Shown here piece by piece: positions 16,353 to 27,005 of a stretch of 56,910 nt of DNA. Source of the DNA: Fidelibacterota bacterium (GTDB taxonomy: Bacteria > Fidelibacterota > UBA2242); the NCBI GenBank assembly GCA_049975265.1, contig JBNGDF010000016.1, positions 1 to 56,910 on the forward strand. Direction: 5' to 3'. The translations under genes and the position numbers were made by a program. The notes below the pieces were generated by a model. The model was given only the letters and a program-made list of their open reading frames with translations. It made no database searches and was not told the origin of the DNA. The stretch's first letter is position 1; each line of letters starts with the position of its first letter.

Positions 16353-18629
16353 ATGTCAGTTCAGCGGTTTTTTCTGACGGGGGTTGTTCTATTCGCCGGG
16401 CTGTTTGGCGGATTTGGAATTGCCGATGAGAATTTGCGGGTCGCGGTGCTGGATTTCCAAAATCAGACCGGACAGTCGGAACTAAATTACCTGGAAGCCG
16501 CCATTCCCAGTATCATGATTACCGATTTAAGTACTTGTGAAAAAATTACCCTCGTCGAGCGAGCCCGCCTGCAGGAAATTTTGAACGAGATGCAGCTGGC
16601 TCTCTCGGGTGTTGTCAATGATGAGCAGGCAACCGAGATCGGCGAACTCGCCGGCGCCGATGCGATTCTGACAGGCAGTATTACGGTGGGAGGTCAGGTT
16701 TTCCGGATTGATGGGCGACTGGTTGATGTAGTCAGCGGGCAGGTGATTCTGGCGGAAAAGAGAAGCTGGCTCTCGGATGATGAGATTCTGCTGGCGGTGG
16801 ATGAACTGGCGGAACAGATCATCTGCAAGTTGACCGGTGTGGAGATGGATGTGCGCGGAGATTTTATCTATGAACCGCTGAGTGTAATCGAAGACCATGT
16901 TTTGAAAATAGAGACGGCGCTGGATCAGCCGGTCTGGCTGAACGGCAGCGGTGAAGTGGTCTTTTTGCAGGTGGATATCTATTCTAAAGAGGTGCCGGCA
17001 AGGGAGCGCATACCGCTGAATCTGGCGCTGGTGATCGATCGCAGCGGCAGTATGGCATCTGGGCGCAAACTGGATTACGCCAGGAATTCGGCGAAGTTTA
17101 TTCTGGAAAACCTGGCGAAGGATGATATCATTTCCATTGTAACCTACGGATCGAAGGTTCAGCTGGTGGTGCCGGCTCAAAAAGCAACCGGGAAGCGCAA
17201 AATGATCCAACTGATTGACCAGATAACCGCCGGCGGTGCGACCAATCTAAGCGGCGGAATGCTGGAAGGCTATTCGCAGGTGGCGAAAAATCTGAAGACC
17301 GGACAGGTAAACCGGGTGCTTTTGCTCTCCGACGGTCTGGCGAATGAGGGCATCACCCGAGCGGATAAACTTTCGGAAATCTGTTATGAAAAGTCGCTGC
17401 AGGGCATGTCGATTTCCACCTTCGGCGTCGGGGCGGATTACGATGAGGACCTGCTGCTGGGACTGGCGGAACTGGGAGTAGGGAATTATTACTATATCTA
17501 TTCCCCTGAAGAGATTCCCACGATCTTTGCCCATGAGATGTCGGGTCTGCTGGCTGTAGCGGCTCAGAATGTTAAAATCCGGGTCCGGACTCCCGCCGAT
17601 GTCAAAGTGATGGACATTCCCGGTTATCTGTGGGAAACGCAAAACCACCTGACGGAAATAGCTCTGGGAGACATCTTTTCCAACGACCATTTTTCACTTA
17701 CGCTTGAATTGCAGCTGCCGCGCACGATTCCCGACTCGCTTTGTCTGGCGAATGTGGTATTGCAGTACGATGATGTGGTCAACAAGGGGGAACGTATCAC
17801 CGCCAACGCGCCGGTGTATATCCGCGCCACCAACGAACCCGAACAGCGGGAATATTATCGCAATCCTTATGTGGGCGAACGTTTAACTCTGATGAATACC
17901 ACGCAACAGTTGCAGACGATCGTTCAGCAGGCGAATCAGAGCAATCTTGCCGATGTTCGTCAGTCGCTGGCGAAACAGGCGGTACAGGTCGCTGATTTGG
18001 CGCGGGAATACAAAAGCACCGACCTAAAGAAGCAGATTCTGACGATTCATAAATATTCCCAGCAGTTTGCCGCGGCGGAAACAGAGGCGCTGGAACGGAA
18101 TAAACCAGGCAGCCCCGGACGAACAGGTAGCTCAAAAGATAACCTGGAGATTTTGAAGAAAGCGGCGAAATACGATGCCTATCAGGTGCGCAAGAAGAAC
18201 GAAGTAATTCCGATTGTTCACCCGGTACGCAAGCCGCAGACCAATTTAGAAAAACAGGAAAATGAAACGGGAGAGATTTCCGAACCGTCGGAACCGATTT
18301 TCGAGCCTTTACCGGAGTCGGTTCATAAACCGCTGGATGATTTGCAGATTCAGCGAGGTACCGGTACTGAATCCGGTAAGGTAGAGACCCGAAAACAACC
18401 GAAGGAGATTAAACCGGCACCGGTTCCGGATAAGCCGGCAAAGCAACCGGAAAGTAAGACCCGCAAGGAAATCAGGAAAACACCGAAAATCCGTAAACCG
18501 GTCAAGGAAACAAAGCCGAAAACTACGGAACCAAAAACAGAATCAACGAAGGAAATACCCTCCGAAAAACCTGTTGAAAAACCTGTTGAAAAACCGGTCG
18601 CTCCGAAGGACATTAAGCAGAGAAAATAG
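16353..18629 (+). CDS. Secreted CsgG/FlgO-like domain plus vWA (YfbK-like) domain protein with Pro/Lys/Glu-rich tail
   Basis: Signal peptide; VAVLDFQN…LVERARLQEILNE…IGELAGAD; MIDAS DRSGSM, GATNLSGG, LLSDGLAN; RBS GGGAGG before ATG 16353. Confidence 0.85.
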   Translation: MSVQRFFLTGVVLFAGLFGGFGIADENLRVAVLDFQNQTGQSELNYLEAAIPSIMITDLSTCEKITLVERARLQEILNEMQLALSGVVNDEQATEIGELAGADAILTGSITVGGQVFRIDGRLVDVVSGQVILAEKRSWLSDDEILLAVDELAEQIICKLTGVEMDVRGDFIYEPLSVIEDHVLKIETALDQPVWLNGSGEVVFLQVDIYSKEVPARERIPLNLALVIDRSGSMASGRKLDYARNSAKFILENLAKDDIISIVTYGSKVQLVVPAQKATGKRKMIQLIDQITAGGATNLSGGMLEGYSQVAKNLKTGQVNRVLLLSDGLANEGITRADKLSEICYEKSLQGMSISTFGVGADYDEDLLLGLAELGVGNYYYIYSPEEIPTIFAHEMSGLLAVAAQNVKIRVRTPADVKVMDIPGYLWETQNHLTEIALGDIFSNDHFSLTLELQLPRTIPDSLCLANVVLQYDDVVNKGERITANAPVYIRATNEPEQREYYRNPYVGERLTLMNTTQQLQTIVQQANQSNLADVRQSLAKQAVQVADLAREYKSTDLKKQILTIHKYSQQFAAAETEALERNKPGSPGRTGSSKDNLEILKKAAKYDAYQVRKKNEVIPIVHPVRKPQTNLEKQENETGEISEPSEPIFEPLPESVHKPLDDLQIQRGTGTESGKVETRKQPKEIKPAPVPDKPAKQPESKTRKEIRKTPKIRKPVKETKPKTTEPKTESTKEIPSEKPVEKPVEKPVAPKDIKQRK
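18564..18599 (+). repeat. 12-bp coding tandem repeat (EKPV x3)
   Basis: GAAAAACCTGTT twice, then GAAAAACCGGTC. Confidence 0.9.
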
Positions 18630-18638
18630 GTCGCGCTT

Positions 18639-19535
18639 TTACCCTGTCCGGCGAATATTTTTTGTCCGTCTGAGATTTCTATGAAAAAATCCTTCGCAGG
18701 AATAGATTGCCAGGGCGATCCAGATAAAGATAAAGCCCAGCAACCGGGCCGCTGACAGCGGTTCGTGGTAGACCAGGAAACCGATGAAAAAATTGAGCGT
18801 CGGAGTAATATACTGAATGAAGCCGACCATGTTCAGCGGGATTCGCCGGGCACCGGCGGCGAACAGAATCAGCGGGACCGCCGTTACGGCGCCGGAAAAG
18901 ACAAGCAGCAGAGATGTGGACCAACCGGTATAGACGAAGGCACTCTGACCGGCAATTCCCAAATAAATAATGAAACCGAGGGCGGGAATGATCATAAAGG
19001 TGGTTTCCAGATTGAGTCCCTCGACGGAGTTCAGGCGGGCGGTTTTACGCAACAGCCCGTAACAGCCGAATGTCAGTGCCAGGCTTAATGCGATCCAGGG
19101 AAATTTGCCATATCCGAAGGTCAAATAGACGACTCCAACAGCGGCGATGAACACCGCCAGAATCTGACCGGTGCGCAGTTTTTCTTTCAGAAAAATCACT
19201 CCCAGCAGTATGCTGACGAGGGGATTGATGAAATAGCCGAGGCTTGCATCCAGGATGAAACCGGAATTGACCGCCCAGATGAAGATAAACCAATTCGCTG
19301 CCAGAATAGCGGCGCTGAGCAGGTAAAAGAGCAAGGAATGCGGATTTCGGCGGAAGTGAGCAAACCATTGCCAGCGTCTCCTCAGGGACAGCAAACCCGT
19401 GGTGAAAGCCAGTGACCAGAGCATCCGGTGACAGAGAATTTCATAAGCCGGGACGTGGTCCAGCAGCTTCCAGTAAAAGGGCAGAATCCCCCAGAGGGTA
19501 TAGGCGGCAATGGCGAGAATAATTCCCTTTTTCAT
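18639..19535 (-). CDS. rarD: EamA family transporter RarD
   Basis: AYTLWGILPFYWK, EILCHR, ASLGYFINPL, GFIQYITPT. Confidence 0.92.
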   Translation of the reverse strand: MKKGIILAIAAYTLWGILPFYWKLLDHVPAYEILCHRMLWSLAFTTGLLSLRRRWQWFAHFRRNPHSLLFYLLSAAILAANWFIFIWAVNSGFILDASLGYFINPLVSILLGVIFLKEKLRTGQILAVFIAAVGVVYLTFGYGKFPWIALSLALTFGCYGLLRKTARLNSVEGLNLETTFMIIPALGFIIYLGIAGQSAFVYTGWSTSLLLVFSGAVTAVPLILFAAGARRIPLNMVGFIQYITPTLNFFIGFLVYHEPLSAARLLGFIFIWIALAIYSCEGFFHRNLRRTKNIRRTG

Positions 19536-19571
19536 CCAATGGAACGGGTAAAAAATGAAAAGTGATTCGGT

Positions 19572-20756
19572 TTAGACAAAAGATTTTACCACATCGCCCA
19601 GAATCCGGATGCCTTTGTGAATTGTCCCGGCGTCACACATGGAAAAGTTCAGGCGCATGGTCTCTAGTCCCTCGTTGGGGCTGGTAAAGAAATAGCGACC
19701 CGGCACATAGGCGACATTCTGCTCCACGGCTTTGTAATAACAGGCTTCCGCATCGAATCCTGGGGGACCGGCGACCCAGATGAACATTCCGCCATCCGGC
19801 TTTGACCAGTTGAAAGAGGCGGGCAGATAGTCTGCCAGCGCCTCCAGAATCGCCTCCTGTTTGGGGCGATAAAGTGCGATAATCTTTTTGATCTGTTTTT
19901 CCAGATGACCGCCGCTCAGGTATTCCGCCGCAATTGCCTGGGCGTAGGTGCCGGTATGCAGATCGACGCCCTGCTTGGCGCGGATCAGCCAGGTTTTCAA
20001 TTCCGGTGGCGCCACATAAAAGCCGATCCGGAAACCGGGCGCGAGGATTTTCGAAACCGTGCTGGTATAGATTACATGTTCCGGCGCCAGGGCTTGCAGC
20101 GGCGTGACCGCTTCACCGCAGTAGCGCAGATCGCTGTAGGGGTCATCTTCGATCAAAAGGGCTTCGTATTTGTGAAGAATTTCGGCAATTTGTACCCGGC
20201 GGTCCAGCGGCAGGGTCCGTCCTGTCGGATTCTGAAAAGTGGGAACCAGGTAGACCAGTTTGACAGGTTGAGTCTTCAGGATTTCTTCCAAATGCTCCGG
20301 AATGATTCCATTGTCGTCGGTTTTGATGCAGACATATTCGGGACCGTAGGAGTTGAACGCCTGCAGCGCTCCGACATAGGTGGGCGCTTCGACGGCGATT
20401 TTGTCGCCTTCGGAAATGAAGACTTTGCCGATGCCGTCAAGGAGTCCCTGGGAACCGCTGGTGATACAGACATCCTCGGTAGTCACGTTGATCTCTTTTT
20501 CCTTTAAATAATCCGCCAACGCCGAACGCAGGGGTTCGAATCCCTCGGTGTTGCTGTATTGAAAGGCTTTCGAACCATATTTTTTAATCACCAGAGCGGC
20601 GAGTTTTTCAATAATCTCCAACGGAAAACTGTCCGGGGAGGGTAATCCGCCCGCCAGCGAGATCATGCCAGGCTTGGAGATAATTTTTAATATTTCACGG
20701 ATGACGCTGGCTTTGATATTGACCGTGCGTTTGGCGAGAAATTTTTGATAATCCAT
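19572..20756 (-). CDS. PLP-dependent class I/II aminotransferase (2-aminoadipate transaminase-like)
   Basis: ISLAGGLP, ITSGSQ, PTFQNPTG, EDDPY, SKILAPGFRIG, PDGGMFIW. Confidence 0.9.
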   Translation of the reverse strand: MDYQKFLAKRTVNIKASVIREILKIISKPGMISLAGGLPSPDSFPLEIIEKLAALVIKKYGSKAFQYSNTEGFEPLRSALADYLKEKEINVTTEDVCITSGSQGLLDGIGKVFISEGDKIAVEAPTYVGALQAFNSYGPEYVCIKTDDNGIIPEHLEEILKTQPVKLVYLVPTFQNPTGRTLPLDRRVQIAEILHKYEALLIEDDPYSDLRYCGEAVTPLQALAPEHVIYTSTVSKILAPGFRIGFYVAPPELKTWLIRAKQGVDLHTGTYAQAIAAEYLSGGHLEKQIKKIIALYRPKQEAILEALADYLPASFNWSKPDGGMFIWVAGPPGFDAEACYYKAVEQNVAYVPGRYFFTSPNEGLETMRLNFSMCDAGTIHKGIRILGDVVKSFV

Positions 20757-20883
20757 CTGATTGCCCCTGATAAATTTTTATTATTTTGCTGCTTCAAACA
20801 TCTTTTGATAGTTGCCAATCTTGCCAGTAAGGTTGGGTTCGGCTGAAATTTTCAAGAGTCGCTCCGAAATTCCATCAGTCTGG

Positions 20884-20912
20884 ATTGTAAATTTGGACTA
20901 TTGGAAGTACAA
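20884..20912 (-). promoter_or_regulatory. Putative sigma70 promoter with overlapping imperfect palindrome
   Basis: Minus strand TTGTAC-N17-TACAAT; the palindrome TTGTAC-N8-GTCCAA overlaps the -35. Confidence 0.5.
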
Positions 20913-21169
20913 TTTCAATGATTTTTCCGACTGGTGGGAAAATTATTCTGATCAATTTGAAATGAATTAAACCGGTTCAGACACAGGATAAAAAGTTAAA
21001 AAAACGACTTTCATTTATGCCATTTTCCTTTTAAAATAGGGTGTTTGGTACGGTTTTTCGGAAATACGGTGATGATGAGAGAAGTAAATATAGTTTGGCT
21101 GCACAAACGGATGTTTCCGAAAATACCCCTGCTGAGATTATGGACACTTTCCCGATTTTCCGGGCGGGG

Positions 21170-21175
21170 TATAAT
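21170..21175 (+). promoter_or_regulatory. -10 box of the arabinose operon promoter
   Basis: Perfect TATAAT ~95 nt upstream of the SSS gene; no good -35 at 17 bp. Confidence 0.45.
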
Positions 21176-21267
21176 TTCCGTTGGTTATTCTGCAAGAGGA
21201 AGAGGAATAAAAACAGACACCGATACGGCGTTTTTCAGTAGGACGACAACAATAGAGAGGTAGCATT

Positions 21268-23022
21268 ATGTCCACTTTACATACTTTGGATTGGATTATT
21301 ATTGCAGGCTATTTTGCCATTATTCTCGGACTTGCCTGGTGGGTTATCCGACAGAAACAGGACACCTCCACCGATTACTTTCTGGCGGGCAGACATCTGG
21401 GCTGGTTCATTGTAGGTGCCTCTATCTTTGCGTCCAATATCGGCTCTGAACATCTGGTCGGTCTGGCGGGGTCCGGTGCCACCGACGGTGTGGCGATGGC
21501 GCATTATGAGTTGCATGCCTGGTGCCTGCTGGTGCTGGGCTGGGTGATGGTGCCCTTTTATATGCGTTCCAAAGTTTTTACCATGCCGGAATTTCTGGAA
21601 AGGCGCTTTTCGCCCATCGCCCGGACGACTCTCTCCCTGATTTCGCTGGTCGCCTATGTGCTGACAAAGATAGCAGTGGGTATTTTCGCTGGCGGGATTG
21701 TTTTTAGTGTGCTCTTACCGGAAATGCATCTCTGGGGTCTGGACAGTTTCTGGATCGGGTCCATTCTGGTTATTTTATTGACAGGAATATATACAATTCT
21801 GGGCGGATTGCGGGCGGTTGCCTACACCGAGGCGCTGCAGACGGTCATTTTGATTTTCGGTTCGATTATGGTGACCCTGTTCGGTTTACACGGTCTGGGC
21901 GGCTGGAGTGTGCTGCGTGATGTCCTCGGTTCCGATGCATTCAATCTCTGGAAGCCGCTGGTACCTGCCGGTATTGAAGGGACCTGGGCGCCGGTCCGCG
22001 AAACCGGTCGGATAGCCTGGTATTTTAATGACAATTATCCCTGGCTGGGGATGCTGTTCTGTGCGCCGATTATCGGTCTCTGGTACTGGACGACCGATCA
22101 GTATATCGTTCAGCGGGCACTGGGTGCGCCCAATGAAAAAGAGGCTCGCCGCGGCTCAATTGCGGCTGGATTTTTGAAACTGCTTCCGGTGTTTATTTTC
22201 ATCATTCCCGGAATGATCGCCATGGCGTTGGCTAAATCCGGAATCAGCCCGGAGATTCAAAGCCAGATGCTGGATGCCAACGGTGAGATTATCAGAGAGA
22301 ATTCCCAAAGCGCCTTTCCATTGCTGGTTGCCTATATTCTGCCGGTGGGTGTCCGCGGGATTGTGGTTGCCGGTCTGCTGGCGGCTCTGATGAGCTCGCT
22401 GGCGGGTGTTTTCAATGCTTCCGCGACACTCTTTACCATTGATTTTTATTCCCGCCTCAGGCCCGAAGCCAGCCAGGCGAAACTGGTCTGGATCGGACGG
22501 GTAGCAACTGCTGTCATGGTGCTGATCGGCTTGATCTGGATTCCGGTTATCAAAGGCGGCAAGGGTCTTTACGACTATTTACAGGGCGTGCAGTCCTACC
22601 TGGCTCCGCCGATCGCCGTGGTCTTTTTTATGGGCGTTTTTTGGAAGCGGATGAATGCCAAGGGCTGTATGGCGACTCTGATTACCGGTTTTGCCATGGG
22701 ACTCTTCCGGCTCGCCGTTGATACACCGGTGGCGCTTTTTGGGGCTTATGAGTATACCGAAGGTTCCTTTTTCTGGGTCATAAACAACATTTTTTTCCAG
22801 TATTACAGCCTGTTAATTACAGTTGTCTGTATTGGCGTAATGATTGCCGTCAGTTTGGCAACCAATGAACCGGCGTATGAGAAGATCAGTGGTCTGACGT
22901 ACGGCACCATAACCGATGATCACCGGCGGGAATCCCGCTCCAGCTGGTCAGTCGGCGATGTGATTGCGTCGGTGGTGTTGGTCATCCTGATTGTGTTGAT
23001 TTATATGAGTTTTACCGGTTGA
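21268..23022 (+). CDS. Sodium:solute symporter (SGLT-like), probable arabinose uptake
   Basis: DYFLAGR, SIFASNIGSEHLVGLAG, TMPEFLERRF, WYWTTDQYIVQRAL; first gene of the ara operon. Confidence 0.9.
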   Translation: MSTLHTLDWIIIAGYFAIILGLAWWVIRQKQDTSTDYFLAGRHLGWFIVGASIFASNIGSEHLVGLAGSGATDGVAMAHYELHAWCLLVLGWVMVPFYMRSKVFTMPEFLERRFSPIARTTLSLISLVAYVLTKIAVGIFAGGIVFSVLLPEMHLWGLDSFWIGSILVILLTGIYTILGGLRAVAYTEALQTVILIFGSIMVTLFGLHGLGGWSVLRDVLGSDAFNLWKPLVPAGIEGTWAPVRETGRIAWYFNDNYPWLGMLFCAPIIGLWYWTTDQYIVQRALGAPNEKEARRGSIAAGFLKLLPVFIFIIPGMIAMALAKSGISPEIQSQMLDANGEIIRENSQSAFPLLVAYILPVGVRGIVVAGLLAALMSSLAGVFNASATLFTIDFYSRLRPEASQAKLVWIGRVATAVMVLIGLIWIPVIKGGKGLYDYLQGVQSYLAPPIAVVFFMGVFWKRMNAKGCMATLITGFAMGLFRLAVDTPVALFGAYEYTEGSFFWVINNIFFQYYSLLITVVCIGVMIAVSLATNEPAYEKISGLTYGTITDDHRRESRSSWSVGDVIASVVLVILIVLIYMSFTG

Positions 23023-23043
23023 ACGATTTGAACGGAATTGTTT

Positions 23044-24753
23044 ATGAATAAATATGTCATTGGTCTGGATTTCGGCACTAATTCCTGCCGCTCACTAATC
23101 GTTGATATTTCCGACGGGCGGGAGCTGGCGAGTCATGTTTTTGACTATCCCTCGGGTGAAGCCGGGATTATTACTGACCCTGCAAATCCCAATCTGGCGC
23201 GCCAAAATCCGGCTGATTATCTGCGGGGAATAGAAACGGTAATTCCGGCGGCTCTTCAGAAAGCAACCGATGCGGACCCCGGTTTTGATTCGCAGAATGT
23301 CATCGGCATCGGGGTTGATACAACCGGCAGCAGCCCGATGCCGGTGAACCCCGCGGGGCAACCACTCTGTTTTCAGGAGGAATTTCGCCACCATCCGGCG
23401 GCGATGGTTTGGCTCTGGAAGGATCATACAAGTCATGCCGAAGCCAGCCGGATAACCGCCAAAGCCGCCCAAATCCGACCGCAGTACCTGGCGAATATCG
23501 GCGGTGTTTACTCTTCTGAATGGTACTGGAGTAAGCTGTGGCATTTGCAGGAAGAGGCTCCGGAGGTTTTCGAAAATGCTTACAGCTTTGTTGAGATTTG
23601 TGACTGGATTCCGGCGGTGCTGACCGGAAATACCGATCCCAACCGGCTGAAGCGCAGCGTCTGCGCCGCCGGTCATAAAGCCCTGTTCAACGAAAAATGG
23701 GGCGGTTTACCGGATAAAGATTTTCTGGGTGAACTGGCGCCGGAGCTCGCCGATTTTTCCGATCAACTGTATCAAACCGCCTATTCGGCGGAAGAGCAGG
23801 TCGGATACCTGTCGGCGGAATGGGCGATAAAACTGAATCTCTCAACCGATGTCGTTGTTGCTGTGGGGGCATTTGATGCTCATATGGGCGCCGTGGGTGC
23901 GGGGATTCACCCGGGTGCGCTGGTTAAGATACTCGGCACCAGTACCTGTGATATTATGATTCAACCGAATCGTCTGCCGCTGCAGGATATTCCCGGAGTT
24001 TGCGGGATCGTCGATGGGTCGGTGATGAGCGGTTACTACGGAATTGAGGCGGGTCAATCGGCAGTGGGCGATATATTTCTCTGGTTTGTCCGGCATCTGG
24101 TTCCCGATTCCTACGGTCAGACGTTGGCACAAAAGTTTCACCGACTCGAGGCGGAAGCCGCCTCGCTGAACCCCGGTGAGAGCGGTTTACTGGCGCTGGA
24201 CTGGAATAACGGTAACCGAACCGTTCTGGTGGATGTCCGGCTGACGGGATTGCTTTTAGGTCAGACATTGCATACCCGGGCGCATGAGATTTACCGTGCT
24301 CTGGTGGAAGCCACGGCTTTTGGTGCCCTGAAAATCATCGACCGGCTGGAGGAGTACGGTGTGGCGGTGCATGAGGTCATCGGTTGTGGCGGGCTGGCAT
24401 ATAAAAATCCGCTTCTAATGCAGATTTATGCCGATGTAATCGGGCGACCGATGATTGTATCCCGGAGTGAGCAGACACCGGCATTGGGTGCCGCCATTTT
24501 CGCAGCGGTAGCCGCCGGTAAGGAAAGGGGCGGATTCGACGATATTTCTGCAGCCCAGAAACGCATGACCGGCTTTGGGAAAGTCTATCGCCCGGTTGCT
24601 GAACACCATACTGTTTATCAGGAATTATACCGGTTGTACTGCCAGCTGCATGACGGATTTGGTACAACCGGCTGGTCCGGACAGATGGCAAACGTCATGA
24701 AAGATTTGTTGGCAATCCGTGACCGGATTCGGGAGAGTAAAAGGAATGCTTGA
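23044..24753 (+). CDS. araB: L-ribulokinase
   Basis: [66 protein letters not shown]. Confidence 0.95.
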   Translation: MNKYVIGLDFGTNSCRSLIVDISDGRELASHVFDYPSGEAGIITDPANPNLARQNPADYLRGIETVIPAALQKATDADPGFDSQNVIGIGVDTTGSSPMPVNPAGQPLCFQEEFRHHPAAMVWLWKDHTSHAEASRITAKAAQIRPQYLANIGGVYSSEWYWSKLWHLQEEAPEVFENAYSFVEICDWIPAVLTGNTDPNRLKRSVCAAGHKALFNEKWGGLPDKDFLGELAPELADFSDQLYQTAYSAEEQVGYLSAEWAIKLNLSTDVVVAVGAFDAHMGAVGAGIHPGALVKILGTSTCDIMIQPNRLPLQDIPGVCGIVDGSVMSGYYGIEAGQSAVGDIFLWFVRHLVPDSYGQTLAQKFHRLEAEAASLNPGESGLLALDWNNGNRTVLVDVRLTGLLLGQTLHTRAHEIYRALVEATAFGALKIIDRLEEYGVAVHEVIGCGGLAYKNPLLMQIYADVIGRPMIVSRSEQTPALGAAIFAAVAAGKERGGFDDISAAQKRMTGFGKVYRPVAEHHTVYQELYRLYCQLHDGFGTTGWSGQMANVMKDLLAIRDRIRESKRNA

Positions 24754-26953
24754 AAAACTAAAACAGGAGGTCCTGCAAGCCAATCTTGATTTGTGTAGAT
24801 ACAACCTGGTGACACTGACCTGGGGCAATGTCAGCGGAATTGACCGGGAGAGCGGGCGGATTGTGATCAAGCCTAGTGGTATCCCGTATGAAAAATTGAC
24901 CGTCGATGATATGGTGGTGGTGGATCCGGACGGTACCGTTCTTGAAGGGAAATGGCGTCCGTCTTCCGACACACCGACGCACCTGGTATTATACAGAGCA
25001 TTTCAAAGCATCGGTGGAATCGCGCATGCCCACAGCGAATATGCCGGCTCCTTTGCCCAGGCTTGTCAAGAAATTCCCTGCTACGGTACGACTCACGCAG
25101 ATCATTTTTCCGGTACAATCCCGGTATCACGGTTTCCGACCGGGTCGGAAATCCGCAGCGGATACGAAGCCTCTGTGGGAGAGGTGATTGTTGAACGATT
25201 TAAGGATGTGGATCCGCTGGCGATCCCGGCAGTCTTGGTTGCCGGGCATGCCCCGTTCACCTGGGGCAAAACACCTGCTGAGGCGGTCCAACACTGCCTA
25301 ATCCTGGAGACAGTCGCAAAAATGGCATTGAACACGCTAATTTTACATCCGGATATTCAGGAATTACCGGAACATATTCTCGCGAAACACTATGCCCGCA
25401 AGCACGGACCGAACGCCTATTACGGTCAGCAAAACCTAAGGAAAAAAAGGGGAAAAGTCGTGAAAACATTTGATCCTTATGAAATCTGGTTCGTAACCGG
25501 CAGTCAGCAGCTGTACGGCGATGAAACTTTAAGAAAGGTTGCTGAGCACTCCGGGCAGATCGCCGCCGCTCTGTCTGCGGCAGAGACCATTCCGGTACAG
25601 GTCCTTTCCAAACCGGTTTTAACAACGCCGGAGTCGATTCGGCGCCTGATGCTGGACGCCAACAGCGCACCTGATTGTATCGGTCTGATTCTCTGGATGC
25701 ACACCTTTTCACCGGCAAAAATGTGGATCGCCGGACTGAAAGCTCTCCAGAAACCCTTTCTGCACCTGCACACCCAGTTCAATCGCGACATCCCCTGGGC
25801 GCAGATTGATATGGATTTTATGAATCTGAACCAGTCGGCGCATGGGGGGCGGGAATTCGGCTACATCTGCAGCCGTTTGAAAAAGTCCCGCAAGGTGGTG
25901 GTCGGACACTGGCAAGATGGAACAGTACGTGGGAAGATTAATATCTGGATGCGGGCGGCGGCAGCCTGGCAGGACAGCCAGAACGGTAAGATTGCCCGCT
26001 TTGGAGATAATATGCGGGGAGTTGCCGTCACTGAAGGCGACAAGCTCGAAGCGCAACTGCGGTTTGGCTATACCGTTGATGGCTATGGCGTCGGTGATTT
26101 GGTGGAAGTTATGAACAGTATCGGCGATAGTGATATTGACCGGTTGATTGATGAATACAATGATTTATATATTGTTGCGGCAGAAGCCCGGAAAGGGGGC
26201 ACGAAGTATGCGAATTTGCGGGATGCCGCCCGAATAGAACTGGGGCTCCGCCGATTTCTGATAGAGGGTAAATTCAGCGGCTTCACCACTACTTTCGAAA
26301 ACCTGCATGGCTTGAAGCAGCTGCCGGGACTGGCGGTTCAGCGGCTGATGGGTGCGGGATATGGATTCGGCGCTGAAGGTGACTGGAAAGTCGCTGCACT
26401 GGTGCGGGCAATGAAGGTCATGGCGAAAGGTCTGAACCGCGGAACCTCGTTCATGGAAGACTATACCTATCACTTCGATCCCGCCGGCATGAAAGTGCTG
26501 GGCGCCCACATGCTGGAGGTCTGCGAATCCATTGCTTCCGAAAAGCCCCGCCTCGCGGTGCATCCGCTGTCTATCGGCGGTAAAAACGATCCGCCGCGAC
26601 TAGTTTTTAATACCGCTCCCGGTCCGGCTTTGAATGTATCGTTGATTGATCTGGGAAATCGTTTTCGATTCATCCTGAATGAAGTTGAGGTTGTCACTCC
26701 CAATGCCGATCTGCCGAAGCTGCCGGTGGCGCGGGTACTCTGGCAACCCAAACCGAATCTGCAGGTCGCCGCCCAGTGCTGGATATTAGCCGGTGGAGCG
26801 CACCATACCGGCTTCAGTCAGGCGCTGAGTGCGGAGCATATCCGGGATTTCGCCGAAATCGCCAATGTAGAATTGCTGGAAATCAACGATACGACAAAAC
26901 CCGGCGATTTCAGCGACAGGATTCGCTGGAACGATATTTCCTATCGCTGGTAA
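24746..26953 (+). CDS. araD-araA: In-frame fusion of L-ribulose-5-phosphate 4-epimerase (AraD, 24746-25429) and L-arabinose isomerase (AraA, from GTG 25460)
   Basis: AraD motifs [41 protein letters not shown]. AraA motifs [58 protein letters not shown]. No stop lies between them. Confidence 0.92.
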   Translation: MLEKLKQEVLQANLDLCRYNLVTLTWGNVSGIDRESGRIVIKPSGIPYEKLTVDDMVVVDPDGTVLEGKWRPSSDTPTHLVLYRAFQSIGGIAHAHSEYAGSFAQACQEIPCYGTTHADHFSGTIPVSRFPTGSEIRSGYEASVGEVIVERFKDVDPLAIPAVLVAGHAPFTWGKTPAEAVQHCLILETVAKMALNTLILHPDIQELPEHILAKHYARKHGPNAYYGQQNLRKKRGKVVKTFDPYEIWFVTGSQQLYGDETLRKVAEHSGQIAAALSAAETIPVQVLSKPVLTTPESIRRLMLDANSAPDCIGLILWMHTFSPAKMWIAGLKALQKPFLHLHTQFNRDIPWAQIDMDFMNLNQSAHGGREFGYICSRLKKSRKVVVGHWQDGTVRGKINIWMRAAAAWQDSQNGKIARFGDNMRGVAVTEGDKLEAQLRFGYTVDGYGVGDLVEVMNSIGDSDIDRLIDEYNDLYIVAAEARKGGTKYANLRDAARIELGLRRFLIEGKFSGFTTTFENLHGLKQLPGLAVQRLMGAGYGFGAEGDWKVAALVRAMKVMAKGLNRGTSFMEDYTYHFDPAGMKVLGAHMLEVCESIASEKPRLAVHPLSIGGKNDPPRLVFNTAPGPALNVSLIDLGNRFRFILNEVEVVTPNADLPKLPVARVLWQPKPNLQVAAQCWILAGGAHHTGFSQALSAEHIRDFAEIANVELLEINDTTKPGDFSDRIRWNDISYRW

Positions 26954-27005
26954 ATTGGGGTGTAAGAGGCGTGGTATATTTTCCCGGATTTTATAGATTA
27001 CAGGT

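Noticed and set aside
21041..21263. Short ORFs 21041-21241 and 21045-21263
   Set aside because: No RBS or motif; they overlap the likely ara promoter.
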